This document shows positions 49,997 to 62,825 of a stretch of 64,000 nt of DNA, one piece after another (the first letter of the stretch is position 1; each line of letters starts with the position of its first letter). Position numbers and translations under genes: made by a program. The DNA comes from Callorhinchus milii. Lineage: Eukaryota. The notes beneath the pieces were generated by a model. The model ran no database searches. It saw only the letters and a program-made list of their open reading frames with translations, and had not been told where the DNA came from. Where the stretch lies: contig NW_024704742.1 in the NCBI RefSeq assembly GCF_018977255.1, forward strand, positions 31,684,001 to 31,748,000, given 5' to 3'.

Positions 49997-50804
49997 ATCC
50001 CTTGATACTCTTACCTAACAAATATCTATCCACCTCAAATCTTGAAACTTTCCATTGATCCAGCATCCACAGCTTTTTGGGAGAGAAAGTTCCAGATTTC
50101 CACAATGCTTTGTGTGAAAATGTACTCCTAAATGGTCTAGTTCCAATTTTAAGATACGTCCCCTTCTTCTGGATTCCCCCACCTCCAAACTCAGCCATTG
50201 GGAAATGCACCTGTACCCGTATAAAACTGGTGCAATCTCAAGAATCACTGGGGTTAATAGCAAGTAGAATATATATTTCTCCCAAGATGTCAATCCTTAT
50301 CAGGTCTGCACTGAAATTTTAACTGCTTGAAATAAATGTTATACTGTGCTTATCTTTTTCATGAATGTGAGTATTTTCTATATTTTTTTTACCAGGAAAC
50401 TGCTTGTACTTAAGGAGCACATTGTGGTCTATGAGTCAAGCACCAATGCATTTAAAATTGGTCACACACTTCATGCAGGTTTGTGGAATGTACAAATTGG
50501 CTGCTGAGTTCATCTGCAAATACAGTCACTACACATCACAGTATATCCTATGAAGCGCTTTGAGATATTTCAACAATGTGATAAGGTGCTGTATGAAATG
50601 CAAGGATTATTATTGTGTAGCAGTGAACATGGACCTGAAATCTGCAGTTTCCTTTTCAGTGGCTGATAGGTATTGTAGCACCATCTAGTGACTGAGTGGC
50701 GAATGTTTAATCTGCAGACAAAACATGTAATTTAGGACCCTCTGCAATAAACAATTAATTTACTACAAAATTTGCAAAGGACACCATCCAAACTTAGAGA
50801 ATTT

Positions 50805-51232
50805 CTAGCTTAGTTGGTAGCATTCACGACTCAGAGTCAGAAGGTTATGGGTTCAAGCCCCATGTGGAGACTTTGAATTTATATAATCTAATGTTGACAA
50901 TTCAGGGCAGTGCTGGATTTGTTGCCGTGTTGGAGGTGTTTGGATCAGGCATTAAAGTGCGGCTCCATTTGCCAGTCAGGTGGATGCTTTATATCCCATG
51001 GCACTATTCAAAAAGAGAAGGCTGTTCCTACTGGTGCGTTGCTAACAATCTCTCAAATAAAATTGGTCATGTACTTCATGGCTGTTTGCATTATATTACT
51101 GCGGGTGAAAGGGGTTGCTGTGTTCGCCAACAAATACCCAGTCACGACATTTCATAGCATATCCTATGAAGCACTTTCAGACATCCTCCTAAAGTGAAAG
51201 GTGCAAAACAAAATGCAAGTATCGTATTATTA
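50805..51232 (+). mobile_element. Deu-domain SINE (SacSINE1-like), near full length
   Basis: tagcttagttggtagcattcacgactcagagtcagaaggttatgggttcaagcccc head, atcccatggcactattcaaaa core, L2-type tail. Confidence 0.75.
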
Positions 51233-51282
51233 ATAACACAGGGTATGGAGCAGCTCAAGTGCTTTGAGCCGTCAGGTTCCTT

Positions 51283-52790
51283 GGGTGCTGGGGGGCTATG
51301 GGGTGTAGGTGTTGGGTACAGGATGTGGGTGCTGGGGGGAGGGGGGAGTACCGGGTGTGGGTGCTGGGGGGGGTGTGGGTGCTGGGGTGTGGGTGCTGGG
51401 GGTGTGTGGGTGCTGGGGTGCGTGGGTGCTGGGGGGGTGTGGGTGCTGGGGTGTGTGGGTGCTGGGGGTGTGTGGGTGCTGGGGGTGTGGGTGCTGGGGT
51501 GTGTGGGTGCTGGGGGCTTGTGGGTGCTGGGGGGGTGTGGGTGCTGGGGTGTGTGGGTGCTGGGGGGTGTGGGTGCTGGGGTGTGTGGGTGCTGGGGTGT
51601 GTGGGTGCTGGGGGTGTGTGGGTGCTGGGGGTGTGTGGGTGCTGTGGGTGTGTGGTGCTGGGGGGGTGTGGGTGCTGGGGTGTGTGGGTGCTGGGGGTTA
51701 TGAGATGTATGTGCTGGGGAGAGTGGGTCTTGGCAGGGGGTGTAGGATGTGGGTGCTGGGGGTGTGTGGGTGCTGGGGTGTGTGGGTGCTGGGGTGTGGG
51801 GTGCTGGGGGTGTGGATGCTGGGTGTGTGGGTGCTGGGGTGTGTGGGTGCTGGGGGTGTGTGTGTGGTGTGGTGCTGGGCGGGGTGAGGGTGCTGGGGGC
51901 TTGTGGGTGCTGGAGGGGTGTGGGTGATGGGGGTGGGGTGCTATGGGTGAGTATGGGTGCTGGTGGGGTGTGGGTGCTGGGATGTATGGATGCTGGGGGT
52001 CGTGGGTGCTGGTGGGGGTGCGGGTGCTGGGGGCTGTGGGAGGTTTGGGTGTGGGTGCTGGTGGGGGAGGGATGTGGGTGCTGTCCGGGTGGGGGGGTGG
52101 GGGCCGGGGTGTGTGTATGTGAGGGAGGGTCCGGGGGGGGGGGGGGGTGTCGGGGGTGTGTGTGAGGGAGGGTCCGGGGGGGGGGGTGTCGGGGGGGGGG
52201 TGTGGGGAGGGTCCGGGGTGTGTGTGTGGGGGGGTGTCGGGGTGTGTGTGTGGGGGGTGTGGGGGGGGGGTGTCGGGGTATGTGTGTGGGGTGTGTGTCG
52301 GGGGGGGGGTGTGTGTGGGGAGGGTCCGGGGGGTGTGGTGTGTGTGTGGGGTGTGGGGGGGGTGTCGGGTATGTGTGTGGGTGTGTGTCGGGGGGGGGGT
52401 NNNNNNNNNNNNNNNNNNNNNNNNNGAGGGGTGGGAGAGGGGGGGTGTGGGGGAGAGGGTGTGTGGTGCGTGGGGGGGGTGGGGGGTGTGGGGGGGGTGT
52501 GGGGCGAGGGTGTGGTGTGGTGGCGGTGGGGGGGGAGGGGTGTGGGGTGGGGGGGGGGTGTGTGGGCGTGGGGGGGGGGGGTGTTGTGCGGTGGGGGGGG
52601 AGGGGTGTGTGGCGGTGGGGGGGGAGAGGGTGTGTGGCGGTGGTGGGGAGGAGAGGGTGTGTGGCGGTGGGGGGGGGAGAGGGAGGTGGGGGAGTGAGGG
52701 GTGAGAAAGGGTGTGGGGATGGGGGAGAGAGAGTGAGTGGAGGAGGGAGGGGGTGCGGGGGAGAGATTAGGCGGTGGGGAAGGGAGAGTG
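51283..52790 (+). repeat. G-rich minisatellite array, about 1.5 kb, containing an assembly gap at 52401-52425
   Basis: Units gggtgctgggggtgtgt, then gagggtccgggg/gtgtcgggg, then ggggagagggtgtgtggcggt. Confidence 0.95.
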
Positions 52791-53429
52791 CGAGGTATTT
52801 GTTATGACTATTGTCGCTATCTTCAGGAGCTGAAATAGCTGGTAACAGTATTTTGTTGCTCCTCAATAATAATTGTATTTGCTATAGCGCCTTTCACGCC
52901 AGGAGACCGTCTCACGGCGCTTCACAAGATTTACTGTCAAGTACAGTGACTGTATTTTGTAGGTGAGCGCAACACTCTCTTTGCACACAGCAATGCTTCA
53001 CAAACAGCCATGAAGTGATTGATCCATTTTTATTTGGGGGCTGGGGGTGGGTGGCGGGGTGAGGGGGGGTGTTGTTGGCCAGGTTTAGGGTTAGTAAGGA
53101 GAAACCAGGATGAACTCCATTCTGTTGTCGATTACTTCTGTTTTTTCATTACTGTAACGTCCACTAATTCTGGTTTATTCCGACACCCGTCGATCGGAAT
53201 TTTTACAAAAAAAAACAAATGGCCCTCTGAATAACCAAGGTGTGCTGTGAACGAATGGGTGTGCTAACATATCCCTGAAATGCTTGGAGTTTTTCGTACT
53301 TCTCTATGAAATAACCATCCTCCTTTGTGAGGGATCCAAGGTGATGTGCTGAGCAGTAGAATACCAGAATCATGGTGACACTTCTTGATAGTCCGGATCC
53401 TGAGTCAGGCAATATACAGTCCAAATATT

Positions 53430-53960
53430 TACAAAAATTTTATCCGGACTGTACAGCGCAGAAACAGTCCGTTCAACCCATTCAGTCCGTGCCATGTTTA
53501 TATTCCACAAGAGTCTCCGCTCAATTTTTATTCCCTCGAATAACCTTCTATTCCCCTCTCCCTCCTTGGAAAGTCCTGCTTCCTCTTAAGTCCATCTATA
53601 CTGTCTAATTGAACCAGTGCTTCAGGCAGTGAGCTTTACAGTTTCACTGCTTTATCTTATGCTTGTATCTCCTCATTACAGACTTCCCCCACCAGTGGGA
53701 ACAGTGTATTTATGCTTACCTTATCAAACCTTTTCATAACTTTATACACCTCTATTGGATTCCCTCCCAAACGTCTCTTTTGCGATAAAAGGCCTAACCT
53801 AACCATCCCGATAGCAATAACCTTCCAGGCCTGGTATCAGCTTAGTTACCCTACACTGTATTTAATGTGCTATATCCTTCTTGCAGCATGGTGAACAGAA
53901 GTGGACACAATACAAAGGTCTAACCAAGGTTTTGTACAAATTTAGCATTACCTCTTCAGT
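53430..53960 (-). mobile_element. Old CR1 3' fragment
   Basis: cttcccccaccagtgggaacag, ccttttcataactttatacacctctat and ggtctaaccaaggttttgtacaa are the reverse of CR1 ORF2 C-terminal coding sequence. Confidence 0.65.
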
Positions 53961-56900
53961 TCAGGTCACTGCTGATGCTAGCCTAGCTCATCAGTAGGAT
54001 TTGGAGGGGCAGACTGATGACTAGAACCGAGGTTTTCATAGGTGGGATGTTCCTAGCTGGACAAGCAGCGGAAAGCTTGCCACACAGTGTTTGCCGTGTG
54101 ACAAACCATGTGGCTTTAAACTCCAGCAATACATCGACATACTTTCTGGGGGTTCCCAAGCCTTGGTTCTCACCATCCTGCACCTAATACATTCTGGCTA
54201 TAGATAAGCCGGGTGCATCCTTCCATTCCAGACAAAGAAAAATTTCCAGATGTTGGTGGAATTTTCAGTTTGGATTAGATACTCATAGGAATGGCGATAA
54301 AGTTCTGCGTGTTTGACACCTGATTTGCTAAAAAAAAAGTCTAAGAAATAGTTTTACAATAAGGAGCCTTCATCAATTATGTGGACTAGATGACTAATCC
54401 CGAATCTGTTTACTTCACCTGGAAGAATTAATTGTCATGCGGGAAAATTATTAGTAGCTTGTGTGTTCATGCAATGAAAAATGTTCCTTTAAAGATCTGA
54501 AAATGGTGGAATAAATGCTTTGATTGTTCCACTGATCTTTGGTGCCATCATGGTTCAGCACTCTTGGCTCTGAGTCAGAAGGGTGTGAGTTAAACCCTCC
54601 AATTGGGGTTTTGAGTTCTGCAGAATATCCTGACACTTTAGTGCAGTGCTGGTAGAGTGCTGCAATGTCTGAGGATCCATCTTTAGGATGAGAGATTAAA
54701 CCAAAGTCGCGCTTGCTAGTTATTCAGATGCAAGTTAAAGATCCAGTGCCATTACAGTATTTGAAAGTAGAGGGATTTTAGTATTCCAAATTAATTGGAG
54801 ATTCAACTCATGGTTGTTTGTGTTACGGCTGCAATTTCAATGCATGCAAATTGTCTGTCGTGTTTGCCTGTGAAAAGATCGTAATAAAACTAATCCTTAT
54901 AATTCTTGCATTTGATATTGCGCCTTATCATGCCTTTGAAATATCTCAAAGGGCTTCATAGAATATACCATAAAGTGAAGTGACTGTATGTTTTGTGGGC
55001 GAAATTTAATTGTTACTAAAAAATTGCTTTCAGATTTTTCGATCTTTAAGTTGCTGTAAGAATTCCAATTCTTTCTTTCTGTTTATGCTACTTGTCACAT
55101 AATTGTCAGCTCTCAAAACTCTTCCGTCCTATCCTCTTGCATCTTTGTCCAAGTTTTTTTGATGGTTTATCATCGTCCAAAGTTTATGGGCTGCCAAGTG
55201 TCTCTTTGCTTTGAAACTGTGAAATGTTTCACTAACTCTTGTATTGCCATACAGTAAATGCTTGCATTTGATGTAGCACCTTATCATTGTTGAGATGTCT
55301 CAAAATGCTTCGCAGAATATATTTTAAAGTGGATTGAGTGCGTATTTTGGGGGCGAAAAGTGGCAGCACAGCAATGTCCCATAAATAGTCGTGGGTTGAG
55401 TGACTAACTGTTTTTTGAGAGTCCCCGGAAAGCGATCTGCCAATTGACTAACAACCGAGTTCCCACTTACTGCTAGGTAAACAGGCGTGTGGAGTAAGGA
55501 CATTTGCCTAAGATGAATAGTTTTTAATTCAGTAGGTCTGTTGCTACATCACCAGAGGTACCATTTTCAGTGTGAGTAGAGCATGTCTGTGTCTTCCGGG
55601 GATTCCACATTCCCCCTCTATTTGTGTTATGGTGTAATTCATTGAGCGCCTGTCGATTCCTGCTAACCAGGGTGTGGGTCAGTGGGACTAGTGTAGGTAG
55701 TTGTACCAACCACATCTGTAATAATAGATCAAACAGTTTGATGCGTACTCTTATATTGGTCCCGATGGTAAATGAGACAGTATAAATTTTATACTGGTAG
55801 TGATGGTGAAGTTAACACACTTCACTGAAAATCCAACTTCATTGAAAAACGTGTCCTTCTGGGCTGAATCTATTCTCCATTTTAAACTTGAATTTTAAAC
55901 CGTGAACAACACGGATAGTTTGTCCTATGCAGGATTAGCGTTCATCACCTTGAGATGAGGTCGTTCCAAAACTTTCCTCTCTGGCCTCCATAGCTCCATC
56001 TTCTGTTAGCTCCACCTTGTTCAAAAATGTGCAGCCTGCATTCATTGCAATATCTATTACCACCCGCCTCCATCCTTACCAGACTGTGGGAGCCTTGACT
56101 GAGTGTTGGCAAGGGATTAGACCAGAAGAGGTAAAATAACTGGTCCTGCTTTGTTCTTTGTCCAATGTCCCAACACTTACCTATAGCAGGAGTTTCTGAA
56201 AGGCAACCAGAGAACGGGAATCTTGGTAGTTTTCCTCTTTTACTCACTCCTTAAACCAAATGTAATGAAGCCAGTTGGAGAGCTCCAACTGCTGTGAACT
56301 CAGAACAGACGAGGGATTGAACCCGCCACCTATGTTTCATGTTGCTATTATTAATTTAGTCCTCTTTTAATTGGTTTATTGCGGTGTTCACAACAATTGG
56401 AACCCAGTGTGTAAGATTAAGTGGTACTCGCTTGCCTCCTTCATGGCATGCCTTAGGTCCCTCTTTGACTGCACTCATGGTCATCCTCCTGCCCGTATCC
56501 TCCCTGCCCTCCGCCCCTCCTGATCCCAACCCCCCAGCTCAGGTCCAAATCCAGCGCCTTGGGATGTTGTGAAAGGCACTATACAACTGTATTTTGTTGT
56601 TGTTGTTGCGTAAGGCTCTTATATTGGAAGAACAGTTGCTACCTGGGTGGATTTACTATGTAGGCTATACCCTGGTGATGAGAAAAAGTATAAATTTGTA
56701 GAGCTTAATTACCATCCCCAAGTGCATGCGGTATATATGCTATGTGATTTTTAAAAAAAAATGTATATCAAGCTTTTCAGTGAATACTGTATCAAGTGCT
56801 GCTGGTAAAATGGGGTTGCACACCGTTGAGATCATCCCTGCAGTTTATTCACAGAAAAGTACCAGTATTTCATTCAACAGCTGTTAACTGAAGCAGAAAT

Positions 56901-57589
56901 AATAATAATAATCTTTGCATTTGATATAGCACCTTATCGGGGGCGGGGGGGAGGGTGGGGTGGAATGCGAAGCTGGTACTGAAAGAGTAAACGTAAATAA
57001 AAGTTGTGTGAAAGATGGGTGCTCCTCTGTCCTGTACAGGAATTTGCAGTCCACTGTTTCACTTCACAAATGAGTGTGAGCCTTTCCGCCCTTAACCTTG
57101 CTATAACAATGTCTTGCGTGTGTGCCGTGCTTGTTATGGAATAGCCGGTTTGGCAAGTGGAGAAATGTCTCACTGATGCAGCGAGCACCAGTGATCTTCT
57201 GAGATTGAAGTTCTGAGGTGCTGTTTATTTTGAGACGATCATCTGGCTTTGCTTTGTCTGACCTTCGGTGTCCAGGTGCCTGAGTGGAAACTAACGCAGC
57301 GTCAACATTGGAAATGAACAAACAGCACTGACTTGTCTGGAGCCAGTGAAACAGGGGGTTGATTGTGGCGGAGGATTAAACTGATTCTTCAGCTGCTTTA
57401 TATACACATGTGGCTTGTAGGTCAGCCAGGAATGCTGCCGTCTGCTCCTCAAATTCATTGCTGAGCTTATTATTCTGTGTGGGTGGGCAAAAGCAGGCCG
57501 AGCTCAAAGATTTCCCCGAGGAGTTAAGCAGGCAAATGCTGTATTGGTGGTAATCTCTTTGTATTTTAATTCTGAAATTGGTACCTCTC

Positions 57590-58350
57590 TTAGACTGATA
57601 ACTGGCAAATGAAGTTCAATGCATGTAAATACAGGATACTGCGTATAGGAGGTAAGATTAGGAAGCCTATGTACTCCACACGTGGGATAGAACTCGGGAA
57701 GCTGGAAGCTGAACAAGATCGAGAGGTGTTAACTGACTCATGGTTCACCATTTTAACAGCGTGAGGCCAGCAATACAATGCAATTTAAACAATGCAATAA
57801 ACAAGGTAAACAGGATGCTTGTTTTTTGTGCTACATTGCCCAATCATTGAGTTTAGACCTCCAGATGTCATACTCGGGCTGCACAGTGCTTTGATCAGAG
57901 GCCGCTCTGGAGAACTGAGTACAGTTCTGGTCATTGTGACATAAGGGAACTGCTGAGGCTCTAGAAGTGGAGGACAACAAGGATGATTTCTAGAGGAATG
58001 AGCCAAGAGCAGCGATCAGACATAGCTTGGACTCTTCAGTCTTGAAAGGAGATGTCTCAGAGGGGACCTTGTGGGATTGAAAAAGTAAACTCAGTCAGGA
58101 CTTTCGGATCCACTGAAATAGCAGAACACGAGGACACAAGTTTAAGGTTGAAAAAGGGCAATTGCAGGACAGACACAAGGAAGAGTTTTATTTACTTGGA
58201 GGGTAATAATGACTGGAACCTGTGGTTGAGATCTGGCTGCTGAACTTGTTTAAGAAACAGCTTGATGGATGGGAGGACAGGTGGATGAGTATTTGGGAAG
58301 GATGAGACCAGATTGGCTGAAGGGCATTCTTCATCTAAATCAACCTATGC
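57590..58350 (+). mobile_element. Old, highly diverged CR1 fragment
   Basis: tggcaaatgaagttcaatgc, gagtacagttctggtca, ggactcttcagtcttgaaaggag and aacacgaggacacaagtttaagg parallel the 2250-2900 segment. Confidence 0.65.
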
Positions 58351-58589
58351 TCTGTTTAACCAGTTTTTTTGCAAAGCACAGGATTACAAAGTGGTGTTGG
58401 GCGAGGCAATGGATCCACGAATGGGGAGCATGGTGAGAAATTACCTTTCCAGAATGTGGTGTGACCACAATCTTATTATCAAGGCTTTGGATAATTTTTG
58501 CATTGTATGCATGTCATCTTTAATTTCTTCAAATCCCCAGACCAACTATATCTCTGGTTGATAGTATGGACTTATGCAAGCAATGCGCC

Positions 58590-58944
58590 CAATGTATATA
58601 AATTTGTGGACGATACCAAGCTAGGTGGTAAAGTAAACTGTGAGGAGGACACAGGAAGGATGCAAAGGGACATAGACAGGTCAAGAAGGTGGCAGATGGA
58701 GTATAATGTGGGGAAGTTATTTGCCTAGGTAGAAAAAAATAGAAAAGCAGATTATTTTCTAGAGGGGAAGAGACTAGGTAGTGTTAGTATTCAGAGGGAA
58801 TTAGATGACCTTGTACACCAATCACAGAAAGTTAGTATGCAGGTACAGCAAGCAATTAGAAAGGCGCATATTTCAAAAAGGTTGGAGTACAAGAGTAGGG
58901 AAGTCTTGCTGCAATTGTACAGGGCCTTGATGAGACCGCACCTA
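58590..58944 (+). mobile_element. CR1 fragment (5' part of an interrupted copy)
   Basis: KFVDDTKLGGKVNCEED...LEYKSREVLLQLYRALMRPHL, closely similar to 2145-2520. Confidence 0.85.
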
Positions 58945-59586
58945 CAACAGCAAAAAACAACAAAATTACATTTGTATAGCGCCTTTTACATTGGGAGGAC
59001 GTCCCAAGGCGCTGGACAGACAAGTTATGAACCTGAGCTGGGGGTCGGGGTGGGGGAGGGTGAAGGGCATGGGGGGGAAGCACGGAGATCAAAAGCACGG
59101 TCAAAGAGGTAGGTCTTGAAAGTGGCGAGGGAGGGGGCGAAACGGAAGGACTGTGGGGTGGAGTTCCAGAGGGTGGGTGCAGAGTGGAGGAAGGCCCACC
59201 CGCTGATAGTGGGGCGAGCGAGGCAGGGGACATGAAGCAGGCCGGAGTCTGCTGAGCAGAGGGAGCGAACAGGGTGGTAGGGGCTTAGGAGGTCAGAGAG
59301 GTAGGGGAGATCAAGACCATGGAGGGCTTTCAAGGTGAGGACCAGGATCTTGAACTGTATCCTCTGTGTGAAAGGAAGCCAGAGCTGTTGGGCAAGGATG
59401 GGATTGATAGGGTCGCGGACCCTGGTGTGGGAGAGGACCCGGCTGCAGAGTTCTGGATGATCTGCAGCCAGTGGAGGGAGGAGTTGGGGAGGCCGACAAG
59501 CAGTGAGTTTGCATAGTTGAGCCTCGATGTAATGTAGGCGTGTATGAGGGTTGCGGTGGCCTGCGGTGTAAGACAGTGTTGGAGCC
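58945..59586 (-). mobile_element. L2 3' fragment
   Basis: RLQHCLTPQATATLIHAYITSRLNYAN...KALHGLDLPYLSDLL...; tail with (ttg)n at 58945. Confidence 0.88.
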
Positions 59587-61492
59587 TTTGGAAAGGTATA
59601 TTTATTAAGAGAGGCGTAAAAACTGGGAGCGGCACTGATTTGAATTGCTCCGCAAATGGATCACATTGCAGGTCAATAAGCTTGAGTTGTAGGTCAAATG
59701 GGGCTTTGTCAACATCAAATGAGAAAGGTGAAGAGACCAAAGATAGGTCATTTTCGATCAAATTGAAATCCCGGAATCGGCGAGAAAATTTGGCATGTAA
59801 GTCAAGTAGCGACGAAGTATACTTTTTAAGGCTTTGATCGCAAACAGTAATCTGCTGCAAAGTTGGAAAGTGAGCGATCTGCCTGTTTCCTATCTGACGT
59901 GATAAAATAAATAATTTCATCATAAATGACTTGCCACTGCAATACAAATCTTGCACAAAGGCCCCCTTCTGTTGCAGTTTTGAATTCAGTTCATTCATGT
60001 GGCTCATGATATCAACGGCAAATGCGAAATCAGAGAGCCAATTCGCATCATTCAGCTGTGGGAAATCCGAATCTTTTTGTTTCATGTCCAAAATTAAATC
60101 AATCTCTGCTCTCAGTTCCCACACTCTTTTCAAGACCTTTCCTAAACTAAACCATCTTACATTCGTGTGATACAGAACATCCGTGTGCTCGGATTCAAAT
60201 TCCTCAAGCAGAGTTACAAATTGCCTGTGGTTTAATCCTCTTGCTCAAATGTAGTTGACCACTTTCGTAACTGTGTCCATGACAGTGCTTAGTTTTAGAA
60301 CACTCTTACAGAGGACCTCTTGGTGGATAATGCGGTGTAGAAAAACAATATTCTGTTCTGGATTTGTTTCTTTGACTTGATCTTGATTTCTTTTCAGTAA
60401 CCCAGCATTTTTGCCTGTCATATTTGGGCTTCCATCGGTGGTCACATTCACCAATTTTTTCCACTCCACTCCTAATTTTAAGATACACTTATTTACCTCC
60501 TCCAAAAAAGTCTCCTCCAGTTGTCGTATCTTTCATTGACTGCATTGATGCCAATTCTTCTGTGAGCTCAAAATGTTTGGTGATACCTCGAATAAAAATT
60601 ATCAACTGGGCTGTGTCTTTGACATCATAACTCTCATTGAGTGCCAGTGAAAAACATGCAAAATTGCTTACTTTATTTTGTAAATGCAGATACAGGTTCT
60701 CAGAAATATCTTCGACATGTCTCACAATAGTTCGCCTTGACAAGCTAACGTTCTTGAACAGTTTTTCTTGTCTGGGCATAAAATCGAGGCAGAATCAACC
60801 ATACAATTCTTTATAAATTCTCCTTCAGAGAATGGTTTGCTGTTCTTGGTGATTTTGTGTGTAATCAAGTAACTCACTCTTGTAATCTCATCCTGGGATG
60901 CAAATTGTTTTGTGAAAATGCCTAGCTCTTTTTGCATTTGAACAACCATCTCATCAACTTTCCTTCCTTTTTCTTCGGCAGAAACATTATTATATTTGCT
61001 CTCAAAATGGCGATCCAAGTTGTAGTCTTTGAGCACTGCCACATTTTCTTTGCAAATTAAGCACACAGCTCTTCCACCCACACTGGTTTAAAAAAAATTT
61101 AGAAGTCCATTCTTTGTTGAATATTTGACCTTCAGCGTCCACTTTCCGCTTCTTTGATAAACTCATTTTGAATTACCGTCCTCTTCAGTGAAAAGTTTTG
61201 CCGCGGTTGCCGCGTGCACGTGTTTGAAAATTTTTCTGATCTGTACATTTCTGACGTCAGCCTGATTCAACACTTGAGCGTACGCACAACTAAGCAGAGT
61301 GATTGGTCTGATGTTCCTGGTCTGATTCAAATGCGAAATTTTGTGGGACATTCTGGGACTGAGCAAATTATAACTTTTTAAACTTTATAACTTTATAAAA
61401 ACTATAACTTTATAAAATTTAACAATGACGGGCCGGATAGAATCATTTGGTGGGCCGGATATGGCCCTCGTGCCGTATTTTGCCCACTCCTG
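59587..61492 (-). mobile_element. hAT (SPIN/Charlie/GTF2IRD2-like) DNA transposon, 3'-truncated, with a transposase pseudogene starting at ATG 61166
   Basis: 5' end caggagtgggcaaaatacggcacgagggccatatccggccc at 61492. Fragments MSLSKKRKVDAEGQIFNKEW, AVCLICKENVAVLKDYNLDRHF, KPFSEGEFIK, SLSRRTI, FSLALNES..DTAQL.IFIRG, TTDGSPNMTG, HRIIHQE, GLNHRQF, VRWFSLGKVL. Several frameshifts and stops. Confidence 0.9.
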
Positions 61493-61613
61493 GATTAAGG
61501 GATATGGGGATAGGTGGGTAAATGGAATTAGGTTAGAAGATCAGCCATGATCTTATCAAATGGCGGGGCAGGCTCGAGGGGCTGAATGGCCTACTCCTGC
61601 TCCTATTTCTTAT
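61493..61613 (+). mobile_element. CR1 3' tail
   Basis: gattaagggatatggggatagg...gatcagccatgatc...gcaggctcgaggggctgaatggcctactcctgctcc, matching 30030-30145 and 2944-3060. Confidence 0.85.
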
Positions 61614-62449
61614 GTGCCTGGGGGTTGAAGATGAAGGTGGTATGTGCTGCAAACTGATGCAGTTGTAATGAAGACCCTGAGGTTGAGGTCAGGAAGCTTC
61701 TTTTAATTTTTCTTCTGTTGTTGAGCCCACAGGTCCCATCTCTGATTAATGAATTCCATTTAAGAAAATTTATGAAAAGAGGTTGCAAATTAAATAATGA
61801 GTACGTGGCTTATGTGTTCAGTGAGGAGCACTTATGCTTTTGAGTCAGAAGACTGTTGGTTCAGGCTCCACATTGGACTTTGAAGTTCCTGGTTGTTTGT
61901 GTTGGGTACTCCAATGTGCAATCTCCAATGGGCTGGGGGTGTGTTGGGAGTTGCATTGTCAGAGGTGCTGTCCTTCAGGTGAGACGATAACCCAAATCCT
62001 GTCTGCCTGTTCAGATGGACGTTAAGGATCCCATGGCACTATTCAAAAAGAGAAGAGTTCAGTCCCAATTGTTAGTTCTTTTCAGTATTGGGGGTTGCGG
62101 TGATCACCAAGTTTTGCTTCAAAACTCTTGCTGCACGACCAAACTGAGAAAGGCAAACGACACTCCAGTCTGAACTCTGAATCCATAGCTTGTGATTCCC
62201 CCCCGCACAGGAAAATTTTGGAAAGGCTGAATTGACTCTTTTGTTGGAGCTTTTTATCAATGCATTCTGTACAATGGAAGCTTTATTTTCGGCATGTGAC
62301 ATTAAGTAGTAGAGATGTTGCAGTGCATTGCCAGCCCAGCCTCTGGTCTAGATGTGTTTGACACAATAGCTAAAGGGGTTGGCTGAGATACTGCCTTTCT
62401 CAGTCAGGACTACAGCAATTTACACATTTCACACTGGGAGAACATCTTA

Positions 62450-62825
62450 AATAATAATATTAATCCTTGCATTTAATATCGCTCCTTATCACGTCTTCGA
62501 GACATCTCAAAGCGTTTCACAGAATATACTGGAAAGTTAATTGATCATTTTGTGGACGAACGCAGCAGCCAATTGCACACAGCAGTGTCCACAAACAGTC
62601 ATGGATTGAAGTGACCATACTATTATTTTAAAAACTTTTTTTTGAAGGGTTTATTAACCCCAGAGAGCATTCTGCCAATCAAATAACAACAAGGTTCCTA
62701 CTTGCTGCTAGGTAAACAGGCATGTGGAGTAAAGAAACTTACCTAAGGTATTGCCCTGCCCAGAATTAAACCTGGATCCTCTACCTTGTGAAGCGAGTGC
62801 TATAACCAATACACTACTGGACTCA
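62450..62825 (-). mobile_element. tRNA-derived SINE copy (long variant)
   Basis: Same head, body and tail on the minus strand. Confidence 0.75.

Noticed and set aside
51959..52015. Chi-like GCTGGTGG octamers
   Set aside because: They are single-base variants of the local gctggggg unit and are expected by chance.
51142..52866. 574-aa Pro/His/Thr-rich ORF and overlapping Gly/Val/Trp-rich ORFs
   Set aside because: They arise from the G-rich array and span an N gap.
59330..60133. 267-aa ORF as a domesticated transposase gene
   Set aside because: It has a non-ATG start, the upstream catalytic region is mutated and frameshifted, and its 3' third is L2 sequence.
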